NCBI GenBank assembly: GCA_963799675.1
Contig: CAWCXQ010000011.1
Span: 21,043-85,042 of the forward strand
Direction of reading: 5' to 3'
From: an uncultured Chloroflexia bacterium
Lineage (GTDB): Bacteria; Chloroflexota; Limnocylindria; QHBO01
Length of the DNA: 64,000 bases
The position numbers and the translations under genes are program-made. Below the pieces are notes generated by a model. That model made no database searches and was not told the DNA's origin. It saw only the letters and a program-made list of their open reading frames with translations. Shown here piece by piece: positions 20,777-33,183 of the stretch (the first letter of the stretch is position 1; each line of letters opens with the position of its first letter).

Positions 20777-20910
20777 CACTAACTGCTCCTCGCCTGCCTA
20801 AGTGCCCACATTCGGCCGACGACTCAACGCACCCACGGATCTGCTTGCAGGACCGGAGTAGTACTTCGGTACTGCCGAGGACCCACCTTAACTTGCCTTA
20901 ACCCGATAAG

Positions 20911-23900
20911 TCAAGCCCTTGCAGGATTTCGGTCTGCCGTAGTCAACTCTTTATGGACAGACGACTTGACGCCTACCCTTTTCATCGCCGCTGCCAACGC
21001 GTCCGATGGCTCCTCATCGAGTTCTTCCCTCGCACGGCGGGCGAACTGGATCAGGGACTCGCGGCCGGCAGCGCGCCGGCCCGTCGCCGATAGTCGCTCG
21101 GCCACGGCTATTTGCGCGGTCTCGTCGAGTGGATCGAGACTCACTAGCGCGCATGCAGCCCGCACACCTAACTCTGGCCGGTCAGCGCGGACGAATCCGG
21201 CCGCGATTGGCATGAGGACCGCTCTAACTTCGTTGTGGACCACTGTCGCGAGATTCCATGCCCAGTCCTCATAGCGCACGTCGCTTAGGAACTCACCACG
21301 GATCAGATCTAGGACGCCCTCCGCTGCCGGAGTCCCCTCGGGAGAGGCCGCCAAGCGAGCCGCGAGGCGACGAAACTCGCTCAGATCGGTTCGCACCAGG
21401 TCCGAGTTGAATTGCACCGCCTCGGAGTTGGAGATCAGATAGAGCGGACTCCGGCCATCTCTGTAGGCGGGATCCAGAAGTCGTCGCAGCTGGAATACGG
21501 TCTGGTTGAGGCTATTTATGGCAGCTGCCGGATCGGCATCCGGCCAGAGGAGATCAAGGACCATGTCGCGGGTGAGAGTTTGGCCGGTGTGGGCCACCAG
21601 GACCGCGAGAAGCGATCGCAAACGCCGCTTCCGCACGTGCACAAGTGGACCGTGCCAGCCGCCTCGGTGAATGGCCAACGAGCCGAAAGATCGAACAAAG
21701 AGGCGCGGAGCCTGCTGGTGGACGAGTTGCCGGTAGGCGTCTGCTATGTCCTCTCCGGGGATAGTGCGCAGGCGTTCGGTGAGCTCTCGGTTGCCGTTTC
21801 GCAGTAGGGCCCCAAGCAGCATCGTTCGCGGTTTTGATGGCAAATGCTCCAGGACCTCCGTTAGCGGGCGCCGCCAGTGGTCTGGCTCATCCTCCAGAAG
21901 GGCGATCAGAACCTCAATTCCGCCAACCGAATTCGCGAGTGCGCGCGCATGGCGCGAATACCGACGGAACCAGGGTCGCAATGTTCGCGCCAGTCCGAAG
22001 TCGGCCGCCCGCGATAGAATTTGGACGGCCGTGCGTCCGGCGCCCGCTCGGCGGTGGTCTAGCTCCAGAACTCCTAGCTTCACATACCCGGTGAGAGCGG
22101 CCGCGATCGCCCCGCGCCGGTCCCATTCAGTTAGCCTAAGTCGCGCCTCAGCCGCGCAGTCCTTGCCACATTCTTGCGCAGCGTGAGCAGCGAGTGAGAG
22201 GGCTGTGAGCGACTGACCGCCCATGCGCGGATCCAAGTGTCGCGCTTGCATGAGCTTCGCGATTGCCCGCAGCTCGTGCGGTGGTCGATCCAAAAGGATC
22301 ATGAGTTCGAGCAACAGCGATGAGCAGAACTCGGACGCGTGACCATAATCCTGCTCTGATTCAACGAATGGCCGGAGGAGGTCGACAGCCTCCTGATAGT
22401 GCTCCCTATTCACGTGGACGAGCGCCTGTCCGTAGAGAGCCTCGAGATGCGGCCGCGGCCACGGAGCAGTCATCGCCATCCCTGCCTGCGCGACTTGCTG
22501 GGCTCGGTCAACATCCCCGATCATAGTAGGGTCGCTACAAGCTCGCATGTTGTCTGCGAAGGGGCTGCTGGGACTGCTCAGCTGCCAGATGCGCCATGCG
22601 CGCTCAAGGACCGCGAGGCTCTCTGTCAGGCGTCCTGACTCGCGATGGAGTATTCCGAGGTTATGCAGGCCGATGGCCGCGAAGTGATCAAGGCCCATCG
22701 ACGCAGCCTCCGCAACGATTCGGTTGCACGTCACCTTGAGCTCGTCGACCGACTCGCGTTGCCAGCGCGAGCTGATGAGAAGGTTGCCCTCAAGGCGCAG
22801 CCGCGTGACCCGATCGTCGTCTGGAACGAGACTCAAACCCTCCGTTGCCATTGCACTCGCCGTGTCGGGATCTCCCTTCACGTGGTGGACGGTGCTGAGC
22901 TTCAAACAGGCCAGCGCCATGAGCCTTCGGTCGCCTTTCCGTGAGAAATATTCGCGCGACCGTTGCAGGGCCGCGAGCGCCGCGCTCCATTCGCCGCGCA
23001 TGCCGAGCGCCTCGCCGCTCAGCAGGCTAAGCCGTGCGTTCTCCTTGACAGCCTGCCCTGGCAGCTGCTCGATCCACTCATCGATGAGGCCGATCTGGCC
23101 ACCGGCGACGACATCTTCGCCATAGCGAGCGATCAGCCGGGCGGCCTGCCGCTTCAGCCCAGCCTTCAAGTAGTGGTGGATGGCCTCCGGCCAGCGCTCC
23201 GTCGTTTCGAAATAGGAGGCCGCGTGGATGTGGAGCCCGAGCACCTCCGCCTCGCTGCGCTCCAGCCGCAGCCGGCGCTCCAGGAAGTCTCGGAAGAGGC
23301 CGTGGTACCGATATCGCGCTCTCGTCAAGCCGATACGTGAACAGCCCGCTGTGCTCGAGCTCGAGCAGGCGTCGCGCGCCCTCATGGATGCCGGCGAGGC
23401 GCTCCGCGAGGTCTGGGGTGATCTGCTGCAGGATCGAGGTGGTGAGCAGGAAATTGCGCGTTTCATCCGTCTGCTGATCGAGGACCTCCTCTGCCAGGAA
23501 GGCGAAGAGGTCGCTGTCAGTCGTCGCTGTGATCGATCGGATGAATGTGCTTCGATCGTCGGCGTTCAGGCGCTCACGGAGTGATACCTCGATCAGCTGG
23601 AGGCTCGCAGCCCAGCCCTCGGTCCGTCGTTCAAGCTCCGCAAGCTCGTTCGCATCGAGCGGATCGTTGTAGACGTCTCGGAAGAGCTCACTCGATCTCT
23701 CCGTCGGTCATGCGCAGCGCATCGGTCCCGAGCTGTGCGTAGCCGCTGTGCGTCTTGAAGCGAGCGAACTGGAGGCGCGGCCGTACGCGCGATGCGAAGA
23801 CGAAGCGGCATGTCGGCGGTGCGTCCCGCAGGATCTGGTTCCAGAGGCCGCGGACCTCGGTGACGCTGTTGACGAACTGCCAATCATCGACGATGAACGT

Positions 23901-24305
23901 GCATGGCTCCCTCAGCCGCTCGTGCATCTCGCCGAGGAGGAACGCCGCAACGCCTGGCCGGCTTGACGCCGGACCACCGAGCTGGCGGAGCATGCTGCTC
24001 GTCTTGGCCCCGAAGCCGGGATGCCTCTGGCTGATCGCCTCGATCAGATACCTGACATGCAGCGTCCAGTCGCGGTCGTTCCGGTCGAGCTTGTACCAGT
24101 AGCACGGGAATGCGGCCTCGCGCTCCCATTGCCAGAGGAGCGTCGTCTTCCCATAGCCCGCGTCCGCAGCGAGCACCAGCGCCCGGCACGTCGAGTGAGA
24201 GATGAGCCAGTCGAGGAGCCGCGCGCGGCGAAGAGTGGGCGTGACGTAGTGAGGCGACGTGACCTTGTTATGGATCAGCGGGTAGCTGTTCTGGTTATCC
24301 GACAT
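20911..24305 (-). pseudogene. Large STAND/MalT-like ATPase regulator with TPR-like middle and C-terminal SARP-type OmpR-wHTH + BTAD module (two frame breaks, ~23690 and ~23330, as assembled)
   Basis: Walker A 'LAADAGYGKTTLL' and Walker B 'TFIVDDWQ' (ORF 23688..24305). 'TEGWAASLQLIEVSL...LFAFLAEEVLDQQTDETRNFLLTTSIL' (own translation of the middle frame). 'YRYHGLFRDFLERRL', helical repeats, then 'RSLLAVLVAHTGQTLTRDMVLDLLWPDADPAAAINSLNQTVFQLRRLL' and 'LIRGEFLSDVRYEDWAWN...DPLDETAQIAVAERLSATGRRAAG' (ORF 20911..23466). Confidence 0.8.
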
Positions 24306-24454
24306 CGGGTGGGCGCGGCTCCGCAGTGCAACCCAGGAACGCCGCTGAGCTGACCTGCTTCACCGAGGGCAGCGGCGAACGCACACTCTACCGCCCCACT
24401 GCTTACCGGACCATTACCAACCGAGCCGGTCCGATGCTCTACAGTCGGGATCGC

Positions 24455-24982
24455 ATGCGCGCCTTCATCGGCCTTGGTGGGAATCTCGGGGACCCGGCCG
24501 CTTCGTTTGCCGCGGTCGCGGCCGAGATGCGCCAGATTGGCCACGTGGTGCGCACCTCGTCCCTTTACGAAACAGCTCCGCGGGACATGCTTGACCAGCC
24601 GCGGTTTCTGAACGCAGCAATGGAGCTTGAGACCGATCTCGAGCCGGTCGAGCTGCTGTTCGAGCTGAAGCGCGTCGAGCTGTCGATGGGCCGCGACCCG
24701 CACGGCGCTCGCTACGGTCCCCGCATCATCGACTTGGACCTGTTGGCCATCGATGGTCGCTGTGTCGAGGATCCTGAGCTCGACCTGATCGTTCCGCACC
24801 CCCGCCTGCCGGAGCGACGCTTCGTCCTCGAGCCGCTGGCCGAGATCGACCCCGGGCTCCTTCCGTGGCGCGACTGCGCGGATCTCCGCCAGGACGTGAC
24901 CGTCGCCGATCTGCTCGCCACCGTGGCGCAGCAGGAGGTTGAGCGCGTCGGGGATGCCAGCTGGGCGGATAGGATTCACTAG
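24455..24982 (+). CDS. folK: 2-amino-4-hydroxy-6-hydroxymethyldihydropteridine diphosphokinase
   Basis: 'MRAFIGLGGNLGDP', 'SSLYETAP..QPRFLNAA', 'GPRIIDLDLL', 'LIVPHPRLPERRFVLEPL'. Internal ATG 24455 of ORF 24326..24982. Confidence 0.9.
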   Translation: MRAFIGLGGNLGDPAASFAAVAAEMRQIGHVVRTSSLYETAPRDMLDQPRFLNAAMELETDLEPVELLFELKRVELSMGRDPHGARYGPRIIDLDLLAIDGRCVEDPELDLIVPHPRLPERRFVLEPLAEIDPGLLPWRDCADLRQDVTVADLLATVAQQEVERVGDASWADRIH

Positions 24983-25015
24983 AGAGCGAGAGCCCGCGCA
25001 CGCCGCCGGGTTCCA

Positions 25016-25411
25016 TCAGCCCGGCTCGAGGCGCGACATCAGGGCCAGCACGTTGCCCTCGCCGTCCTCGAAGAACGCCATCCATTCCTGGGCTTTGGTG
25101 TCGTCGTCCTCGAAGATCATGTGTGGCGCGCCCTGGAAGCTGACGCCCCTGGCGAGCAGCGCCTCGTGCGCGGCCCGAATCTCTGGCACGGCAAAGTAGA
25201 GGATTGAGCCGGCGCGCCATTTCTCCTCGTCGACGCGGTGCAGGTAGATCCGCGTTCCGCCGCAGTCGAAGAAGGCGAGATCTCCGAAGGTGAATACGTG
25301 CCGCAGGCCCAGCACTTCGCCGTAGAAGGCCTCCGCGCGCGCCACGTCTCGGATGTAGAGCGACACCTGGCCGATTCGCTCGAGCTCGAGGCGTTGCGTC
25401 TCGGTGGTCAT
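25016..25411 (-). CDS. VOC family protein (glyoxalase/bleomycin-resistance fold)
   Basis: Last 131 aa of ORF 25016..26086: [40 protein letters not shown]...[18 protein letters not shown]. Confidence 0.75.
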   Translation of the reverse strand: MTTETQRLELERIGQVSLYIRDVARAEAFYGEVLGLRHVFTFGDLAFFDCGGTRIYLHRVDEEKWRAGSILYFAVPEIRAAHEALLARGVSFQGAPHMIFEDDDTKAQEWMAFFEDGEGNVLALMSRLEPG

Positions 25412-25431
25412 CGGTTGCCCCTTTCGTTCGT

Positions 25432-25664
25432 TCAGCCGGCTGGTTGCGGGAAAGCCGGGCCATTGCGCAGCTCCGCGACTCCTGGCACTCCGAGTTTGCC
25501 GGCGATGTTCTGCACGTGGTACTTGACCGCGTCGAGGCTCACGCCCCGCCGCTGAGCGATCGTCCGGCGACTCATCCCGTGCCTCACCAGGTCGAGCACC
25601 GTCCATTCGGTTGGCGTCAGGACGTCGGGGTGAGGTGGCGGCCGCGACGACGTCGGTGTACCAC
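25432..25664 (-). pseudogene. Stand-alone LuxR/GerE-type HTH (short protein or remnant; no clean start, probable frame break)
   Basis: Own translation: [45 protein letters not shown]...*. An in-frame TAG lies upstream. The only start candidate, GTG 25664, is in another frame. Confidence 0.5.
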
Positions 25665-25713
25665 GCCGGGCAGCCTACCGTGCCAGACCGGGAATTACCC
25701 TCCCCCCGCCTGG

Positions 25714-26700
25714 CTACAGGCGGACCTTGGGCGGGTTGTGGTAGTCCCACATGTGGACGGTGTCGATGAATCGGACGATGCCACGGCGAGTGGCTCATCA
25801 GCAGCGAGTGGGTGCGCGCGCCGCCGCCGAAGAAGCGGACGCCGCGGAGGAGCTCGCCGTCGGTCACGCCGGTGGCGGCGAAGACGACGTTCTCGCCGGG
25901 TGCGAGGTCATCGGTCATGTAGACGCGCTCGGTGTCGTCGACGTCGACGCCCATCCTCCGCGCGCGCTCCTTCTCCTCGTCGCAGCGCCAGCGGAACTGC
26001 GCCTGGATCTCGCCGCCCAGGCATTTGAGCGCGGCCGCGGTCAGCACGCCCTCCGGCGCGCCGCCGGTGCCCATCACCGCATGCACGCCGGTGCCCGAGA
26101 CCGCGACGCGAGATGCCGGCAGTCAGGTCGCCGTCGCCGATGAGCTTGATCCGGGCACCGGCCTGCGCGGACCTCGCTGGATCAGCGTCCTCGTGGCGCG
26201 TCGCGGTCGAGGATCACGACGGTGATGTCGAAGGGTCGCGCCCCAGGCGCTCGCGCGATGGTCGCCATGGTCTTGTCGATCGGGTCGTCGATGCGAGACC
26301 TGCCCGCCGACCTGCGGCCCGACGATCAGCTTCTCGGAGGTAGGTGTCGGGCGCGTGCATCAGGCCGCCCGGCTCGGCGGCGGCCAGCACGGCGGTGGCG
26401 TTCGGCGATCCGGTGGCGACCAGGTTGGTCCCCTCCAGCGGGTCGACCGCGATGTCGACCGATGGTCGCGGCGTCCGGGTTGCCGACCTGCTCACCGATG
26501 TAGAGCATCGGCGCCTCGTCGCGCTCGCCCTCGCCGATGACGATCGTGCCGCTGATGTCGGCCTCGTCCATGGCCTTGCGCATCGCCTCGACGGCGGCCC
26601 GGTCGGCGCCCATCCGGTCGCCGCGTCCCATGAGCCGCGCCGCGGCGATGGCGCCGGCCTCCGTGGCCGCGACCGCATCGACGGTGATCAGCTTGTCCAT
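25714..26700 (-). pseudogene. glpX: Fructose-1,6-bisphosphatase class II (at least 4 frame breaks as assembled)
   Basis: '[28 protein letters not shown]' (ORF 26326..26700). '[17 protein letters not shown]' (ORF 26214..26678). '[28 protein letters not shown]...[19 protein letters not shown]' (ORF 25016..26086). C-terminus '[21 protein letters not shown]' (own translation). Confidence 0.88.
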
Positions 26701-26703
26701 CGG

Positions 26704-28251
26704 TCAATGCTTGAAGTGACGGCGCCCGGTGAAGACCATCGCCATGTGATGCCGATCCGCGACCTCGATCGCCATCTCGTCGCGAATGCTGCCGCCGGGC
26801 TGGATGATGGCCGTCACCCCGGCCTGGGCCGCGATCTGGATTCCATCCGGGAAGGGGAAGTAGGCGTCGCTGGCCATCACGGACAGGGGCGCTCGCTCGC
26901 CGGCCTTGCGCAGGGCGACCTCGACGCTCACGACCCGTGACGGCTGGCCGGCGCCCATGCCGACCATGGCGTGGCTTCTTGGCGAGCACGATCGAGTTGC
27001 TCTTCACATGCCGCACCGCCCGCCACGCGAACAGGAGGTCGGTCAGCTCGTCGAGGGTTGGCCTGCGCTGGGTCACCACCTGGAGCTTGTTGCGGTCCTC
27101 CTCCAGGTTGTCGAAGGTCTGGACCAGCAGCCCGCCGCCGATCCGCTTGAAGTCGAAGTTGCCGATCCCGAGCTCCTGGCCCTCTTCCTCGGCCTGGCGG
27201 CACCTCGATGATCTCGAAGCCCTTCTTGGTGCGCAGGATCTCGAGGGCCTCGGGCGTGAAGCCCGGTGCCACGATCGCCTCGAAGAATCCCGGCCGGATG
27301 GCTCGTGCGGTCGCGTCGTCCACGATCCGGTTGGCGCCGATGATCCCGCCATACGCCGAGACGCTGTCGCCCTCGAGCGCAAGGCGGAACGCCTCGGCCA
27401 GGTCGACGACGCTCGCCAGGCCACAGGGATTGCCGTGCTTGACGATGAGTCACGGTCGGGGTCTTGAAGTCGCTGGCGATCGACCAGGCGGCGTCGAGGT
27501 CGAGCAGGTTGTTGAAGCACAGGTCCTTGCCGGCGATCTGCCGGGCGCTGGCGATGGAGTGCGCCGCGGTAGCCCGGATCGGCATAGAAGGCGCCCAGCT
27601 GGTGTGGGTTCTCGCCGTAGCGCAGATCCGCCTTCTTCTCGACGACCAGGGTGAGCCTGCTCGGGAAGAGGCTGCCGGCCTGCTGGTTCAGGTAGCTGGC
27701 GATCTGCGCGTCATACGCGGCGGTCAGAGCGAACGCCTCGCCGCCCAGCTTCTGGCGGGTCTCGGGGCTGACCGAGCCGAGCGACTTGATGTCTCGCAGG
27801 ACCGATGCGTACTGGGTCGGGCTGCTCACCGCCGCGACGCCGGGGAAGTTCTTGGCGGCCGCCCGCAGGAGGGCGACGCCGCCGATGTCGATCTGGTCGA
27901 GCGCCTGGTCCAGCGTCGTCCCGGCTTCTGGACGGTCTGGGCGAACGGGTAGAGGTTGACCACGACGATGTCGATCTGCTCGATCCCGTGCTCGGCCAGC
28001 TGGGCGAGGTGGTCGGGCTGATCGCGGCGGGCAAGGAGCCCGGCAAAGATCTTGGGGTGAAGCGTCTTCACCCGCCCGCCAAGGATCTCGGCGGCCTCGG
28101 TCACCTCGGCGATGGCCTTGACCTCGATTCCGGCCTCGGCCAGGTGCGCGCGAGTGCCGTCGGTGGCGAAGCACTCGATCCCCGCCTCGATCAGGCCGCG
28201 TGCGAGCTCTACGATCCCCTCGCGGTCACTGACTGAGAGCAGGGCGCGCAA
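26704..28251 (-). pseudogene. purH: Bifunctional AICAR transformylase / IMP cyclohydrolase (at least 5 frame breaks as assembled)
   Basis: 'MRALLSVSDREGIVELARGL...KTLHPKIFAGLLARR...VVVNLYPF' (ORF 27826..28251). 'DIGGVALLRAAAKNF', 'LRYGENPHQ' (ORF 26492..28174). 'GKDLCFNNLLDLDAA' (ORF 27073..27585). '[33 protein letters not shown]...[10 protein letters not shown]' (ORF 26704..26967). TTG start at 28251. Confidence 0.92.
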
Positions 28252-28332
28252 TAGACGACCTCTTCTGGGTGGGCGGGGGCTGGGCGCCTTCCGGGCGTCC
28301 GATTATACCGATGCCTTTGTGCATCACGCCCA

Positions 28333-28393
28333 CGCTCTCGCGATTGTCTTCTCGCTCTCGTGCATTGTCTTCGCGCTCGGCCGTGGCCATACT
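28333..28393 (+). promoter_or_regulatory. Direct 19-20-nt repeats plus putative -35/-10 for a leaderless transcript of the cyclase gene
   Basis: cgctctcgcgattgtcttc (28333-28351) and cgctctcgtgcattgtcttc (28353-28372). TTGTCT (28365-28370), 17 nt, CATACT (28388-28393), with the ATG 7 nt further on (28401). Confidence 0.35.
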
Positions 28394-28400
28394 CCGCCGC

Positions 28401-30072
28401 ATGGCTGGTCGCCGATCCGAGCGGCGTCTGGCGACGGTCCTCTTCCTGGACATCGTCGATTCGACCCACGTCGCCGGCGAGGTGGGGGATCGCCGCTGGC
28501 GTGAGCTCCTCGGCGCGTTTCGCCGCCGGGTGCGGGAGCAGCTGCGGCGGTATCGCGGCCACGAGCAGGACACCGCCGGCGATGGCTTCTTTGCCACCTT
28601 CGATCGGCCCGCGGACGCGGTCCGCGCCGCCGCCGCGATCCTTGTGGCCGCCCACGGCGTCGGGCTCGACGTGCGGTCCGGGCTGCACACCGGCGAGCTG
28701 GAGCGGATCGACGGCCGCCCGGAGGCATTGCGGCCCATATCGGGGCGCGGGTCATGGCACGAGCGGCAGCCGCAGAGGTGCTCGTCACCGCCACGGTCCG
28801 AGAGCTGGTGATCGGTGGAGGAATGGAGTTCGGCACCTCGGACGAGACGGAGTTGAGGGGCGTTCCGGGTCTCTTCCGCCTCTACCGCCTGCGCGAGGTC
28901 GACGGTGAGCCGCTTCCCCCGCCGCTGACTCGCGAACAGGCGGCCGCGCGCCTGACACCCGAGGGGCCGGGCAAGCGCCGGATCGCGCCACTGCTGGCCG
29001 GTGCGGGAGCGCTTGCGTTGGTAACGCTGGCGGGCCTGGCGGCGCTCGTCGTGAGGCCGCTGATTGCGGGACCGGCCTCCCCGGCGCCGAGCGCGAGCCC
29101 AGAGGCCCTGGTCACCATGCTGAAGATCGATCCGGAGACCACCAAGGTGGTGGCCGAGGTCCGCGACCGATACGTCAGCGTCGGTGGCGACGCGCCCGTC
29201 ACCGTCGTCGACGGCACGCTCTGGCAGGTCACCCCGATCTCGATCGTTCGCCGCGACATCCAGACCGGCGCAGCGACCGCGGTCTTCCCCCGGCCACCGG
29301 AGACACAGAGCGTTCGGTTTGCGTTCGGCTCGATCTGGGTCTCTCGGGTCGACGAGTCCTTCCTGCACGACCTGATCGAGCGGAGAAGTGCGATCAACGG
29401 TCGGCTCATCGCCACCATCAAGCCTCCAGGCAGGTTCGACAACTGGGCGATCAGCCGCACGGCAATCTGGATCCTGACCAACGACGGTGAGCTGCTCCAG
29501 GTCGACCCGAACACGAACACCGTGGTCGACCAGGACCTGATTCCGCATGACGTGACTCTTGGCGGCCTGACGCCGGTGGGCGATAAGCTCTGGATCTGCG
29601 AGTGCGGTGCGGGCCGGCTCATCGAGTTCGACCCGAGCGTGGACAAGGTGCTGCGCAAGGTGACGTTCACGCAGTCTGGCTTCGTCATCCCGAACGATGG
29701 CCTTGCGAGCCAGGGCGACGCGGTTACGACACGAGGAGAACGTGATGTGGCTCCTCGATGCGGTGGGAGGCACGATCACCCCGGTGGATCCGCGGACGGG
29801 TGAAGCCGGATCCGCGCTTGGCATTCCGCGGCCGGTGGCAGGGCACGCGTTTGGATTCGGAGATCTCTGGTCTGGCGGCCGACGGAAACATCAATCGCGT
29901 CAGCCTGAAAAGCGAGCGCCCACCGCAGACGATCGAGATGCGAGAAGGGCTCGTCGCGGGCAGCGTGGGCCTCGACGAGCCGGCAGACGTCGTCTGGGTA
30001 TCCACCTGCGTGCCCGCGGAGGCGCAGTTCCCCGACCGGACCGATCCGTGCCGCGTGCCACCCGGATCCTGA
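28401..30072 (+). pseudogene. Class III adenylate/guanylate cyclase - TM - beta-propeller-like extracytoplasmic domain (3 frame breaks as assembled)
   Basis: 'ATVLFLDIVDSTHVAGE', 'TAGDGFFATFD', 'GLHTGELE' (ORF 28269..28811). TM 'IAPLLAGAGALALVTLAGLAALVV' and repeated 'hWh..xDGxLxxVDPxT' units (ORF 28754..29803). Tail in the frames of ORFs 29697..30197 and 29758..30072. Confidence 0.8.
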
Positions 30073-30090
30073 TGCTAGACTCGGCGACCG

Positions 30091-30507
30091 ATGTCCCAGC
30101 TGCTCGACCCGTTTACCCCGATCAACTTCCCCGACCTGTTCACGCTCATGTGGGTTGGCGGCCTTCTCATCGCGCTGGGCTCGATTGGCGTCTATAACGC
30201 GGCCCAGCGGCGCTATCGCCGCTACCCGGCGATCCTGGCCCTCCACGAGTGGATCTTCTGGGCGATCATCGTCACCTGGGGGATCGTTCCGCTCCTGGTC
30301 GTGATCCACGTGCCGCTGCTGCTCCTGCTGCTCATCGTCCTGCCCGGTATGGCGGTCGCGGCGTGGGCAAGCTTCGTGAAATTCCCGCCCCTCATCGCTG
30401 CCGCGAACAACGAGATCCGCCGCCAACGCTTCGTGCCCCCACCGCGACGGGACGTGCGCGAGCGACCAAAGCCGACGCCTGCCGGGCGTCGCCGCCGGCA
30501 CCGCTAG
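30091..30507 (+). CDS. Hypothetical membrane protein (3 predicted TM helices, basic tail)
   Basis: Intact 138-aa ORF with hydrophobic segments 'LFTLMWVGGLLIALGSIGVY', 'IFWAIIVTWGIVPLLVVI', 'LLLLLLIVLPGMAVAAWA'. Confidence 0.5.
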   Translation: MSQLLDPFTPINFPDLFTLMWVGGLLIALGSIGVYNAAQRRYRRYPAILALHEWIFWAIIVTWGIVPLLVVIHVPLLLLLLIVLPGMAVAAWASFVKFPPLIAAANNEIRRQRFVPPPRRDVRERPKPTPAGRRRRHR

Positions 30508-30516
30508 CTCGTCCCG

Positions 30517-33177
<2,661 letters not shown>

Positions 33178-33183
33178 GTCGCC

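Noticed and set aside
25669-25686. Sigma-54-promoter-like element CTGGCACGGTAGGCTGCC (minus strand) downstream of glpX, noted because a sigma-54 EBP is in the window
   Set aside because: The GG and GC dinucleotides are spaced one nucleotide off the obligatory TGGCAC-N5-TTGC geometry, and the -12 element is poor. Other TGGCAC occurrences (e.g. 48254-48259, 25487-25492) also fail on spacing or lie inside coding regions.
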